From: Candidatus Rokuibacteriota bacterium
Lineage (GTDB): Bacteria; Methylomirabilota; Methylomirabilia; Rokubacteriales; DASRDR01
Assembly (NCBI GenBank): GCA_044866005.1
Contig: JBIOTN010000204.1
Coordinates: 1-28,939, forward strand
Length of the DNA: 28,939 nt
Direction of reading: 5' to 3'
Part shown: one piece after another, positions 1-8,590 of the stretch
Layout: every line of letters starts with the position of its first letter
Position numbering within the stretch: position 1 is the first letter of the stretch
Notes under the pieces: generated by a model
Databases searched by the model: none
What the model saw: the letters and a program-made list of their open reading frames with translations, nothing else
What the model was told of the DNA's origin: nothing
Translations under genes and position numbers: made by a program

Positions 1-370
1 CGTCGGGATCGCGGGTCGAGATGGAAGGGCTGCGCCCGCTCCCCCACTCGCCGAACACCGGGAGCCCCCGGACCTCGAGCGCGCGCCGGGCGGCGTCGAG
101 CGCCTCGGCCGTGCGCCCGATCCGGAATGCGATGTGATAGAGACCCGGCGCACCCGCCGCCGGCGCGGGGGCGTCCGGGCCGACCGCCTGACAGGCGAGG
201 TCGTGATGATGCCGCCCCGCGGAGAAGAACGCGAGGCGCCCGTCCTTGGCGCGGCCCCGGTCCGCCAGCCCGAGCACGTCCCGATAGAAGCGCGCGGAGG
301 CCTCGACGTCGCGCACGAAGAGGGTCACGTGGCCGAGCTCCTCCACCCTGATTCGGGAACGGGCGCGCAT
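1..370 (-). CDS. VOC/glyoxalase/extradiol-dioxygenase-like family protein (3' end runs off the window)
   Basis: Not in the ORF track. Manual translation from ATG 370 gives MRARSRIRVEELGHVTLFVRDVEASARFYRDVLGL...FFSAGRHHHDLA...GLYHIAFRI...TRDPD, with the typical VOC motifs (GHV..V.D...S..FY..VLG, HIAF, DPD). The ATG overlaps the ATPase stop (TGATG). Confidence 0.9.
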   Translation of the reverse strand, partial: MRARSRIRVEELGHVTLFVRDVEASARFYRDVLGLADRGRAKDGRLAFFSAGRHHHDLACQAVGPDAPAPAAGAPGLYHIAFRIGRTAEALDAARRALEVRGLPVFGEWGSGRSPSISTRDPD

Positions 371-1152
371 CAGTCGCTGTCCGCCTTCGCGAACTCCTCG
401 CCCAGGACGTGCCAGAGGGCGCCGAACTCCCGCGCATATGCCTCCGTTTCGCGGAGACGAATCACGTCCCGCGGACGCGGCAGCTTGACCTCGTGGATGA
501 GCTTGACGCGTCCCGGCCGGCTCGTCAGGACGATGACCCGGTCGGCCAGCGTGATGGCCTCGGCGAGGTCGTGCGTGACGAAGATCACCGTCTGCCGGCG
601 CGCCAGCCACAGCTCTAGCAGCTTCGCCTGGAGGCGGAGCTTCGTGTGGGTGTCCAGCGCGCCGAACGGCTCGTCCATCAGCAGGATCTCGGGCTCCACG
701 ATGAGCGTGCGCATCAGCGCAACCCGCTGCCGCATCCCGCCCGAGAGCGTGGCCGGGAAGGCCTCCTCGAACCCGACGAGCCCGATCAGGCGGATCGCCT
801 CCGCCACGCGGCGCTCGCGCTCGCGCGGCGGTACCCCGCGATACTCCAGGCCGAGAGCGATGTTGCGCCGGACCGTGCGCCAGGGGAAGACGGTGTCCTT
901 CTGGAAGACGTAGCCGAGCTGGGGGGGCACGCCCTCGGGCCGCCGGCCGTCGAGGCGGATCTCCCCGGCGGTCGGGGGAACGAAGCCGGCGATCATGTTG
1001 AGGACGGTGGACTTGCCGCATCCGGACGGGCCGACCAGGGCCACGAACTCCTTGTCCCGCACATCGAAGGAGATCGACCCGACCGCGGGGACCGCGCGGT
1101 CGGGGGCGATGAAGGTCTTGCTGAGGTCCCGGACGGCGACGCGGGTCTTCAG
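370..1152 (-). CDS. ABC transporter ATP-binding protein, NitT/TauT family
   Basis: Walker A GPSGCGKS, Q-loop VFQ, signature LSGGMRQR, Walker B LLMDEPF and H-loop VTHD. The start is uncertain: CTG at 1152 overlaps the upstream stop (CTGA). The track ORF extension to 1878 overlaps the binding-protein gene. Confidence 0.93.
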   Translation of the reverse strand: MKTRVAVRDLSKTFIAPDRAVPAVGSISFDVRDKEFVALVGPSGCGKSTVLNMIAGFVPPTAGEIRLDGRRPEGVPPQLGYVFQKDTVFPWRTVRRNIALGLEYRGVPPRERERRVAEAIRLIGLVGFEEAFPATLSGGMRQRVALMRTLIVEPEILLMDEPFGALDTHTKLRLQAKLLELWLARRQTVIFVTHDLAEAITLADRVIVLTSRPGRVKLIHEVKLPRPRDVIRLRETEAYAREFGALWHVLGEEFAKADSD

Positions 1153-2246
1153 GATCTCTGGCGTGCCTTCCGGACGAACGACATGTCGACGGCCTTGGCG
1201 AAGGGGATCTCCCGGTCGAGCGTCTTCGTGGCCAGGAAGATCCTGAGCACGTCGTTGTACTCCTTCTCCTCGACCAGGAAGTCCCAGTCGAAGATGCCCT
1301 TGTAGTAGCGGATGGACTTCAGCACCTCGTCCTTGGAAAACGTGTCCATGTAGGGCCGGTGCAGGAGCTCGAGGACCTCGGCGTCCGCGGCCTTCTGGAG
1401 CCACTTCTGCGCCCGATAGCACCCCGTCACGTACCCCTGGACGGCGGCGGGATCGCGCTCGATCGTCTCCCTCAGGCAGTAGCCGACGGTCACCGGTAGG
1501 GGGCCGCCGAAGACCTGATTCCATGCCTTCTCGTCCAGGATGTTGTAGATCGCTTTGCCGAACCCCTGGTCTTCGGCCGCCCAGAGCCACTCCGGCACGG
1601 CCATGATCGCGTCGAACTTCCCCGCCTTGAGCCCGCCCAGCATCGTGGTGGAGGCGCCGCCGCCGACCCATTCGACCGCGTGGTTGAGCGACTTGCCGTC
1701 CGGCCCCGGGTACTGCTCGAGCACGTAGTTCCCGTACACATAGGTCCCGGACCCGATCGCGGTCGCGGCGACGACCCATTTGCCCCCGCCTGGCCGCTTC
1801 ATGGTTCCGAGCTTCTCCACGCTGGTGAGCCCGGCGTCGAAGAGCTCCTTCCGCGCGACGATGTTGGCGTACGAGCACCGCGTGTCCGTCGCGAACAGGA
1901 TGAGCGCGTCCTTGCCCTTTTCGGAGATCTTGAGCGGGTGATTCGAGTCCCCCAGCGCGAACATCGCCTGACCCGCGGCCAGGGCCTGGACCACCTTCGC
2001 GCCGCCGCCGGGGACGATGAACCCGCGGTCCACCGTCACCCCTTCTTCTTCGAAGAACTTCTTCTCCTTCGCCACCAGGTGCTGGGCGTAGACCACCGTG
2101 GAGACGCTGTGGGACGCGGTGATGGGCCGGGGGGGCCGCTGCGCCTGGGCCCGCGCCGCTCCCGGGAGCACGCCGGCGGCCCCGAGCGCGCCCGCGGCGA
2201 TCAGGAACTCCCGGCGGCTCAGGGCGTGCGGGAATCGGGTCGGCAT
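1149..2246 (-). CDS. ABC transporter substrate-binding protein (NitT/TauT, NMT1/SsuA-like) with Tat signal
   Basis: Twin-arginine signal SRREFL...ARA/AQA, GGAKVVQALAAG and GKFDAIM segments, SD AGGAGG before the ATG, and adjacency to the ATPase. Confidence 0.88.
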   Translation of the reverse strand: MPTRFPHALSRREFLIAAGALGAAGVLPGAARAQAQRPPRPITASHSVSTVVYAQHLVAKEKKFFEEEGVTVDRGFIVPGGGAKVVQALAAGQAMFALGDSNHPLKISEKGKDALILFATDTRCSYANIVARKELFDAGLTSVEKLGTMKRPGGGKWVVAATAIGSGTYVYGNYVLEQYPGPDGKSLNHAVEWVGGGASTTMLGGLKAGKFDAIMAVPEWLWAAEDQGFGKAIYNILDEKAWNQVFGGPLPVTVGYCLRETIERDPAAVQGYVTGCYRAQKWLQKAADAEVLELLHRPYMDTFSKDEVLKSIRYYKGIFDWDFLVEEKEYNDVLRIFLATKTLDREIPFAKAVDMSFVRKARQRS

Positions 2247-2299
2247 CGGGGACCTCCTGTGCGCGGCACGTCGGAACCGGGGGCCGGCGCCCTGCGAGG

Positions 2300-2329
2300 G
2301 TTATACCCGCGGCTCGGCGGGCATGTCAA
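2300..2329 (-). promoter_or_regulatory. sigma70-type promoter for the binding protein/ATPase/VOC operon
   Basis: TTGACA (2329-2324), N18, TATAAC (2305-2300). Confidence 0.6.
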
Positions 2330-2403
2330 CGGCGCCGGCCCCGGTGGACCCGGAGCCGGCGGCCGTCAGCAGGCGGGGATGCGGCGGCGAGACCTTCCGG
2401 AGG

Positions 2404-2679
2404 TCAGTCGGCCGTCCGCCGTGGTTCGGGAAGCGGCGTGCCGAGCCCGAATCGCTGGTAGAGGAGCCGGACCAGCCGCTCCGGCACGACCTCCGTCGCT
2501 CCCAGGCAGTGCTGGCAGACGATCCGCACCTGGCCGGTGAAGATGTCCGACCAGAGGCCGACCTTGTGGAACATCTCCAGGGTCCCCGTGGGCGCGTCCC
2601 ACGCGAGCAGGTAGAGATGACAGCAGGGACACACGTAGTGCGTGGGACGGACCCCGCGCTGCACCGCTTCGCTGACCAT
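2404..2679 (-). CDS. Hypothetical 91-aa zinc-ribbon-like protein (CPCC...CQHC)
   Basis: SD GGGAGG 8 nt before ATG 2679, two CxxC knuckles, and an AT-rich promoter upstream. Confidence 0.7.
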   Translation of the reverse strand: MVSEAVQRGVRPTHYVCPCCHLYLLAWDAPTGTLEMFHKVGLWSDIFTGQVRIVCQHCLGATEVVPERLVRLLYQRFGLGTPLPEPRRTAD

Positions 2680-2744
2680 GAGAACCGCCTCCCTTCGGCC
2701 CGGGCTCGCGGCGATCCGGTCGCCAGCGAGCCAACGGGCAGACT

Positions 2745-2808
2745 TCACAATGAACGCTAATTAAATAAAATAAAACCGGATCAACTGTCAAGAAAAACCA
2801 TATCGATT
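2745..2808 (-). promoter_or_regulatory. AT-rich promoter/operator region upstream of the Zn-ribbon gene
   Basis: The only strongly AT-rich tract in the window. The minus strand has TTGACA (2791-2786) followed by TTTTATTTTATTTAATTA. Confidence 0.6.
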
Positions 2809-2917
2809 TCCCTGGGCCGGCCGGTCGGCTCCCTGCCGGGCCGGAGTCGTACGCTGGTGTCGGCCATCCCCTCGTCATTTCGAGCATTCCTGGCGGCGCA
2901 CCCAGGGGAAGGTTGCG

Positions 2918-2947
2918 TTGACACTGCCCCGAGCGATCGGCTAGCAT
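2918..2947 (+). promoter_or_regulatory. sigma70-type promoter for the yicC operon
   Basis: TTGACA (2918-2923), N18, TAGCAT (2942-2947). Confidence 0.6.
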
Positions 2948-2960
2948 GAGGAGCACCACG

Positions 2961-3845
2961 ATGGGCCTGATTGCGAGCATGACGGGGTACGGCCGCGCGG
3001 AGGCCCGGGGGGGACGGCTCGCTGTCGTCGTCGAGGCCCGGTCCCTCAACCACCGCTTCCTCGAGCTCGCGGTCAAGCTGCCCCGTGGCTTCGGTGGCCA
3101 CGAGGCCGAGCTGCGCCAGGCCGTCCAGGGGCGGGCCTCCCGGGGACGGTTCGACGTCTCGGTCTCCGCCCGGCGGATCGGCGGAAGCCAGAGCCTTGTC
3201 CATGTCGACTCGGCGCTCGCCGCCGAGTACGTGCGCGGGGCCCGCGCCCTCGCGGAGACCGTAGGCCTGACCGGCGGGCTGACCCTGGCCGACCTGTTGC
3301 GTCTGCCCGGCGTCATCACGGTCGATGAGCCCGAGGAGACCGACGCAGAGAGCGGTCCCCTTCTCAAGGACGCGAGCCAGCAGGCGCTGGACGAGCTCCT
3401 CCGCATGCGACAGGCCGAGGGCGCGGCCCTGGCCGCGGAGCTCGGCGCGCATCTCACCGCGCTGCAGACCTGGGTGGCCGGCCTGGAGACGGTGCTCCCT
3501 CACGCGCTCGATCGCATTCAGGCGCGCGTCCGCGGGCGGATCCGCGCGCTGCTCGACGACGCCCCCGTCGACCCGGCCCGGATCGCGCAGGAAGCGGCCA
3601 TGTGGGCGGGCAAGAGCGACGTCGCCGAAGAGCTCGCGCGGCTCGTCTCGCACGGCGCCCAGTTCCGCAGCCTTCTCGCGGCGGGGGGCGCCGTCGGCCG
3701 ACAGCTCGACTTCCTCACCCAGGAAATGCACCGCGAGGTGAACACGATCGCCGCCAAGGCCGACGACGGCGAGCTGATCGCCCGGCTGCTCGAAGCCCGG
3801 ACGATCGTCGAACGGCTCCGCGAGCAGGTGCAGAACGTCGAGTGA
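2961..3845 (+). CDS. yicC: YicC/YloC family endoribonuclease
   Basis: N-terminal SMTGYGR and RSLNHRFLE; C-terminal GRQLDFLTQEMHREVNT and REQVQNVE. SD GAGGAG precedes ATG 2961. Confidence 0.95.
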   Translation: MGLIASMTGYGRAEARGGRLAVVVEARSLNHRFLELAVKLPRGFGGHEAELRQAVQGRASRGRFDVSVSARRIGGSQSLVHVDSALAAEYVRGARALAETVGLTGGLTLADLLRLPGVITVDEPEETDAESGPLLKDASQQALDELLRMRQAEGAALAAELGAHLTALQTWVAGLETVLPHALDRIQARVRGRIRALLDDAPVDPARIAQEAAMWAGKSDVAEELARLVSHGAQFRSLLAAGGAVGRQLDFLTQEMHREVNTIAAKADDGELIARLLEARTIVERLREQVQNVE

Positions 3846-3852
3846 GCCGCTA

Positions 3853-4515
3853 GTGGCCCCCGCGCGTCGCGGGATGCTGATCGTCGTCTCGGCACCGTCC
3901 GGTGCCGGGAAGACCTCCCTGTGCCGGGAGATCCGCAAGGTCGTCGCCAACCTGGGCTACTCGATCTCCTACACGACGCGCCCGCCTCGGCCGGGCGAGG
4001 TCGACGGGTACGACTTCCACTTCGTCTCCGAGGCCGTCTTCCGGGAGATGGTGGACCGCAAGGAGTTCGCCGAATGGGCGCGCGTCCACGGCAACCTCTA
4101 CGGGACGGAAGCCCGCGCGCTCGAGGAGGCGCTCGACCGCGGTGAGGACGTCCTGCTCGACATCGACACCCAGGGGGCCCGCCAGCTCCGGACGCGCTAC
4201 CCTCACGGGCTGTTCGTGTTCGTGGTCGCGCCGTCGATGAAGGAGCTGGAACTGCGTCTCCGCGAGCGGAAGTCGGACGCGCCGCAGGAGATCGCGGGCC
4301 GGCTGGCGCGAGCGCTGGAGGAGATCGCGGCCTGGCGGGAGTACGACTACCTGATCGTGAACCGGGACCTGGACGAGGCGGTGCGGCAGCTCCAGTGCAT
4401 CATCGAGGCCGAGCGGTGCCGGACCGCGCGGCGCGAGCTCAGCCTGCCGGATCTCGACCTGCCGGCCCGGCCCGAGAGGCTCGCTGGCCCATACAAGCAA
4501 CGAGGAGGCGCTTGA
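3853..4515 (+). CDS. gmk: Guanylate kinase
   Basis: SAPSGAGKTS, SYTTRPPRPGEVDG, EWARVHGNLYGT and LDIDTQG motifs. Confidence 0.97.
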   Translation: MAPARRGMLIVVSAPSGAGKTSLCREIRKVVANLGYSISYTTRPPRPGEVDGYDFHFVSEAVFREMVDRKEFAEWARVHGNLYGTEARALEEALDRGEDVLLDIDTQGARQLRTRYPHGLFVFVVAPSMKELELRLRERKSDAPQEIAGRLARALEEIAAWREYDYLIVNRDLDEAVRQLQCIIEAERCRTARRELSLPDLDLPARPERLAGPYKQRGGA

Positions 4516-4742
4516 TGTCGTTCCCCCCGCTCGAGCGATGCCTGGAGAAGATCTCGAACCGTTACCTGCTGGTCGTCCTCTCTGCCAAGCGGAGCCGCCA
4601 GCTCAACCGCGGCAGCGCTCCCCAGGTCGAGTCCAAGCGCAAGAAGTGGACGAGCGCCGCCCTGGAAGAGGTGATCGCGGGGAAGATCCACGCCAAGCGC
4701 CCGGAGGCCAAGCCCGAGACGCCGAGCTCGCCGGGAGCCTGA
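4515..4742 (+). CDS. rpoZ: RNA polymerase omega subunit
   Basis: NRYLLVVLSAKRSRQL and ALEEVIAGKI motifs, TGATG overlap with gmk, SD GAGGAGG. Confidence 0.95.
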   Translation: MSFPPLERCLEKISNRYLLVVLSAKRSRQLNRGSAPQVESKRKKWTSAALEEVIAGKIHAKRPEAKPETPSSPGA

Positions 4743-4746
4743 GCGG

Positions 4747-5967
4747 ATGACGCTGGCCGGCCGCGAGCTCGTCCTCGGCGTCACCGGCAGCATCGCCGCC
4801 TACAAGGCGGCCTACCTCCTCCGCGAGCTGCGCCGCCTCGAGGCCGGCGTCACGGTCGTGATGACCGCGCACGCGCGCGAGTTCGTGACGCCGCTCACCT
4901 TCCGTACGCTCTCGGGACGGCCGGTCCTGTCGGACCTGTTCGACCCGCAAGAGCCGGCGGCGGTCGAGCACGTCGCGCTCGCCGAGCGCGTCGACCTCAT
5001 CCTGGTGGCCCCCGCGACCGCGAACGCGCTCGCCCGGGCGGCCCTCGGGCTGGCGGACGACTTCCTGGGCACCCTGCTCCTCGCCGCGCGTGCGCCCGTG
5101 CTGTTCGCTCCGGCCATGGACGGCGAGATGTGGCAGCAGCCGATCGTGCAGGCCCACGTCGCGGCGTTGCGGGGGCGCGGGGCGACGGTGCTGGAGCCGG
5201 GCCACGGCGAGCTGGCGTCGGGGCTCAGCGGGGTCGGACGGTTTCCCGAGGTATCCGAGATCGTCGAGGCGGCGGCGTGCCTCGCCTGGCCCAAGCGTGA
5301 CCTGCTCGGGGACCACGTCCTCGTCAGCGCGGGGCCGACGCGCGAGCCCGTGGACCTGGTCCGCTACCTGTCGAATCGCTCGTCCGGCCGCATGGGGTAT
5401 GCGCTGGCGACGCTGGCGGCGCGGCGGGGCGCCCAGGTCACGCTGGTCACCGGGCCGACCAGCCTCACGCCGCCCCCCGGGGTCCGCGTGATTCCCGTGC
5501 AGACGGCCGAGGAGATGCGGGAGGCGATCCTGCACGCGGCGGCTTCCGCGACGATCGTGATCAAGGCCGCCGCCGTCGCCGACTACCGCGTGCCTCGGCC
5601 CTCCTCGGAAAAGATCCGGTCGAAGCAGGAGGGCCTGACGCTCGCCCTCGCGCCGAATCCGGACATCCTTCAGGAGCTCGGTCGGGCGAAAGGGAGCCGC
5701 TTCCTCGTCGGCTTCGCTGCCGAAACGGGCGAGCTCCGCGAACACGCGCACGCCAAGCTCGTCGCCAAGGGGATCGACCTCATCGTCGCGAACGACGTGA
5801 GCCGGCCGGACATCGGCTTCGAGGCCGAGGAGAACCAGGTGGTGATGCTCGACCGCTGGGGTGGCATCTCCGAGCTCCCGCGCGGCCCGAAGCTCGAGAT
5901 CGCCGACGCCATCCTGGACCGCGTGCAGACGCTGCGGCGCGCAGCGTCCATGGCAGCCCGGTCGTGA
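4747..5967 (+). CDS. coaBC: Bifunctional phosphopantothenoylcysteine decarboxylase/synthetase
   Basis: GVTGSIAAYKA, APATAN, PAM, GPTREP.D.VRYLSNRSSGRMG, AAVADY and VGFAAET motifs. Confidence 0.97.
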   Translation: MTLAGRELVLGVTGSIAAYKAAYLLRELRRLEAGVTVVMTAHAREFVTPLTFRTLSGRPVLSDLFDPQEPAAVEHVALAERVDLILVAPATANALARAALGLADDFLGTLLLAARAPVLFAPAMDGEMWQQPIVQAHVAALRGRGATVLEPGHGELASGLSGVGRFPEVSEIVEAAACLAWPKRDLLGDHVLVSAGPTREPVDLVRYLSNRSSGRMGYALATLAARRGAQVTLVTGPTSLTPPPGVRVIPVQTAEEMREAILHAAASATIVIKAAAVADYRVPRPSSEKIRSKQEGLTLALAPNPDILQELGRAKGSRFLVGFAAETGELREHAHAKLVAKGIDLIVANDVSRPDIGFEAEENQVVMLDRWGGISELPRGPKLEIADAILDRVQTLRRAASMAARS

Positions 5968-6674
5968 CCCCGCCCGACGCGGCCGACCTCCTGGCGGAGG
6001 CGGCGCGCGGGCTGGCCGAGCACCTGCGTTTCCACCAGGCGCTCGGTCTCCACGACCTGCCGCTCCGCCGGTCCTACCTCGCCGGTCCGGAGGCCGCGCT
6101 CAGGCAGCTCGAGCGGGCGATCCAGGGCTGTACCCGCTGCAAGCTCGCCTCCGGGCGGACGACCATCGTCTTCGGCAGCGGCGCCCCGACCGCCCGGCTC
6201 GTCCTGATCGGCGAGGGGCCCGGCGAGGAGGAGGACCGGCAGGGCAAACCCTTCGTGGGCCGCGCCGGCCAGCTGCTCACCAAGATGCTCGAGTCGGTCG
6301 GGATCGCTCGGGACGACGTGTACATCTGTAACATCGTCAAGTGCCGCCCTCCCGGCAACCGCAACCCGGAGCCGGACGAGATCGCCGCCTGCGCCCCCTT
6401 TCTCGCCGGGCAGCTCGCGGCCATCCGGCCCGGCGTGATCGGTGCGCTCGGCGCCTTCGCCGCCCAGACGCTGCTCCGGACGAAGGAACCGATCAGCCGC
6501 CTCCGCGGACAGCTTCACCGCTACGGCGCCGCGGTCTTGATCCCGACCTTCCACCCGGCGTTTCTCCTCCGGAACCCGGGGCCGACGTACCGCCGCCTGG
6601 CATACGAGGACCTGAAGCTGCTGCGGCGGGAGTTCGACCAGGTCCGCGGGGCACCTCCGACCGCGGGCTCGTGA
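5964..6674 (+). CDS. Uracil-DNA glycosylase, family 4 ([4Fe-4S])
   Basis: CTRCKL, IGEGPG.EED..G.PFVG.AG.LL, NIVKCRPP.NR.P...E...C and TFHPA motifs. Confidence 0.95.
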   Translation: MTPPDAADLLAEAARGLAEHLRFHQALGLHDLPLRRSYLAGPEAALRQLERAIQGCTRCKLASGRTTIVFGSGAPTARLVLIGEGPGEEEDRQGKPFVGRAGQLLTKMLESVGIARDDVYICNIVKCRPPGNRNPEPDEIAACAPFLAGQLAAIRPGVIGALGAFAAQTLLRTKEPISRLRGQLHRYGAAVLIPTFHPAFLLRNPGPTYRRLAYEDLKLLRREFDQVRGAPPTAGS

Positions 6675-8521
6675 GCCCGGAGCCGAGCGGCCCACCGGTC
6701 GTCGCCGACGTCGTCGTCGGCCTTCCCGTCCCCCGGGTCTTCAGCTACGCCATCCCTGGCGCGCTCGAAGGTCGACTGGTCACAGGCCAGCGTGTCCGGG
6801 TGCCGTTCCAGGGTCGGCTTCGCCCGGGGGTCGTCGTCGGCCTCGCCCGGGCGATCACCGGGCGCCTCGAGCCGGTCGCCGCCGTCCTGGATCCCGTGCC
6901 GGCCCTCAGCCCGGCGCTGCTCGAGCTGACCCGCTGGGCCGCGGTCGAGACGGCGAGCGCGTGGGGCGAGACGGTCGCCCGCGCCCTTCCGCCACCTGCC
7001 CGGTTGGCGGCGCCGTCCGCGCTGCCGCCGGACCCGCTCCCGAGGACGCCAGGCCCCCTCGTCGTCGCATACGGTCCTGGCCGTGCGCGTCTCGTCGAGG
7101 ACACGGCGTCACGGGCCCTGGCGGCCGGCGGGGCGGTGCTCGTGCTCGCCCCGGAGATCGAGGCGGCGCACGCCTGGGCGGACCGGCTCGCGCGTGCGCT
7201 CGGGGAGCCCGTCGGGCTCGTGACCAGCGAGGAATCGCCCCGACGCCGGTGGGAGACCTGGTGGGCCTGCCGGCGTGGTGTCGCGCGGGTCGTGGTCGGC
7301 ACGCGCGCCGCGGCGTGCCTTCCGCTCACGCCGCTCGAGGCGACGATCGTGGTGGACGAGCACGACCCCGCGCACAAGGCCCCCGACGCGCCGCGGTGGC
7401 ACGCCCGCGAACTCGCCATCGCGCGAAGCCGCCTGGAGGGCGGCCGCTGCCTCCTGGCGAGCGCGACCCCGAGCCTCGAGAGCTGGGCGCGGCTTCAGTC
7501 GGCGGAGGCGACGTCCGAGGAGGCCAAGGGGGAGCACTGGCCGACGGTACACCGGGTCGACCTCGGCATGGAGCGGACGGCGGGAAGCCTGTCGGCACCG
7601 CTTCGCGCGGCGCTCCGCGAGACCCTCGCGGCCGGCCACGCTGCGGTGCTCGTCCTGAACCGCCTCGGATATGCCCGGGCCCTCGGCTGTCGCGAGTGCG
7701 GGGCAGTGAGCCGCTGCAGCCGGTGCCGGGTGGCCCTCACCTACCACCTGGACGGGCGGGCGCTGGTATGCCGGCTGTGCGGCGGCCGGATGCCGGCCCG
7801 CAGCCAGTGCTGGCGCTGTCGCGGCCGCCGGCTCGCGCCGCTCGGCACGGGCATCGAACGGCTCGAGGCCGAGGTGCGGGCGGCCTTCCCGGCGGTGCCG
7901 GTGGCCCGGTACGATGGTGGGCTCGCTCCGGCCCGCGCCGAGGCGACGCGCGTCGCCTTCCAGGCGGGCCGCGTCAAGGTCCTTGTCGGGACTCACATGG
8001 CGGTTCGCCTCCTCCGCGACGCGCCGGTGAGCCTCGCGGCGCTCGTCCTTGCCGACGCGACGCTGGCGCTCCCGGACTTCCGGGCGGCGGAGCGGACCTT
8101 CCAGCTTGCCTGGCACCTCGCCGAAGGCCTGGCGCCGGCCGGGAGCCTCTGGCTCCAGTCCTTCTACCCGGACCACCCGGCGCTCGAGGCGGTGGCGCTC
8201 GGCGCCCGCGAGGTCTTCTACGACCCGGAGTGGGCCGAGCGTCGGGAACTGGGCTACCCGCCGGCCCGGCGGATGGTGCGCATCGTGGCGGAGGGCCGCG
8301 ACGCGGCCCGGCCGATCGCGGATCTCGCCGCGCGTTGCCGCGGCGAGGGGCTGTCGCCGCTCGGGCCGGCGTGGCTCGCGGGGGGCCGCGTCCAGCTGGT
8401 GCTCCTCGGCGACCCCGGCTTGCCGACCGTCCTGGCGCGGGTGCTGGACCCGCTCCGCGGCCACCGGCGGCTCGGATCGGCGCGGCTGACCGTGGACGTC
8501 GACCCGGTCGAGCTGCCGTAG
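6671..8521 (+). CDS. priA: Primosomal protein N' (PriA), shortened, with degenerate helicase motifs
   Basis: 3'-DNA-binding domain (FSYAIP...GQRVRVPF), LAPEI, VVGTR, SATPSLES, eight-Cys CRR, GTGIERLE, LPDFRAAERTFQ, YPP and C-terminal DVDP. GTGA overlap with the udg gene. Confidence 0.93.
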   Translation: MSPEPSGPPVVADVVVGLPVPRVFSYAIPGALEGRLVTGQRVRVPFQGRLRPGVVVGLARAITGRLEPVAAVLDPVPALSPALLELTRWAAVETASAWGETVARALPPPARLAAPSALPPDPLPRTPGPLVVAYGPGRARLVEDTASRALAAGGAVLVLAPEIEAAHAWADRLARALGEPVGLVTSEESPRRRWETWWACRRGVARVVVGTRAAACLPLTPLEATIVVDEHDPAHKAPDAPRWHARELAIARSRLEGGRCLLASATPSLESWARLQSAEATSEEAKGEHWPTVHRVDLGMERTAGSLSAPLRAALRETLAAGHAAVLVLNRLGYARALGCRECGAVSRCSRCRVALTYHLDGRALVCRLCGGRMPARSQCWRCRGRRLAPLGTGIERLEAEVRAAFPAVPVARYDGGLAPARAEATRVAFQAGRVKVLVGTHMAVRLLRDAPVSLAALVLADATLALPDFRAAERTFQLAWHLAEGLAPAGSLWLQSFYPDHPALEAVALGAREVFYDPEWAERRELGYPPARRMVRIVAEGRDAARPIADLAARCRGEGLSPLGPAWLAGGRVQLVLLGDPGLPTVLARVLDPLRGHRRLGSARLTVDVDPVELP

Positions 8522-8590
8522 GGCGGGACGCCGGACGCGCGCGCTACAATAGGGCTGACGAAGGACCCATGATGACCGAAGGAGGCGGGC

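Noticed and set aside
1153..1878. N-terminal 240-aa extension of the ABC ATPase in the ORF track
   Set aside because: Out-of-frame overlap with the binding-protein gene and low-complexity Arg/Gly sequence. The same applies to the track extensions of priA, fmt, rpe, comM, lon and yraN.
2734..2795. FNR or Rex box in the AT-rich tract
   Set aside because: Only half-sites (ATCAA; TTCACAA) occur, without correctly spaced partners.
8545..8550. TACAAT -10 box upstream of def
   Set aside because: A plausible internal promoter, but with no -35 or extended -10 support; too weak to call.
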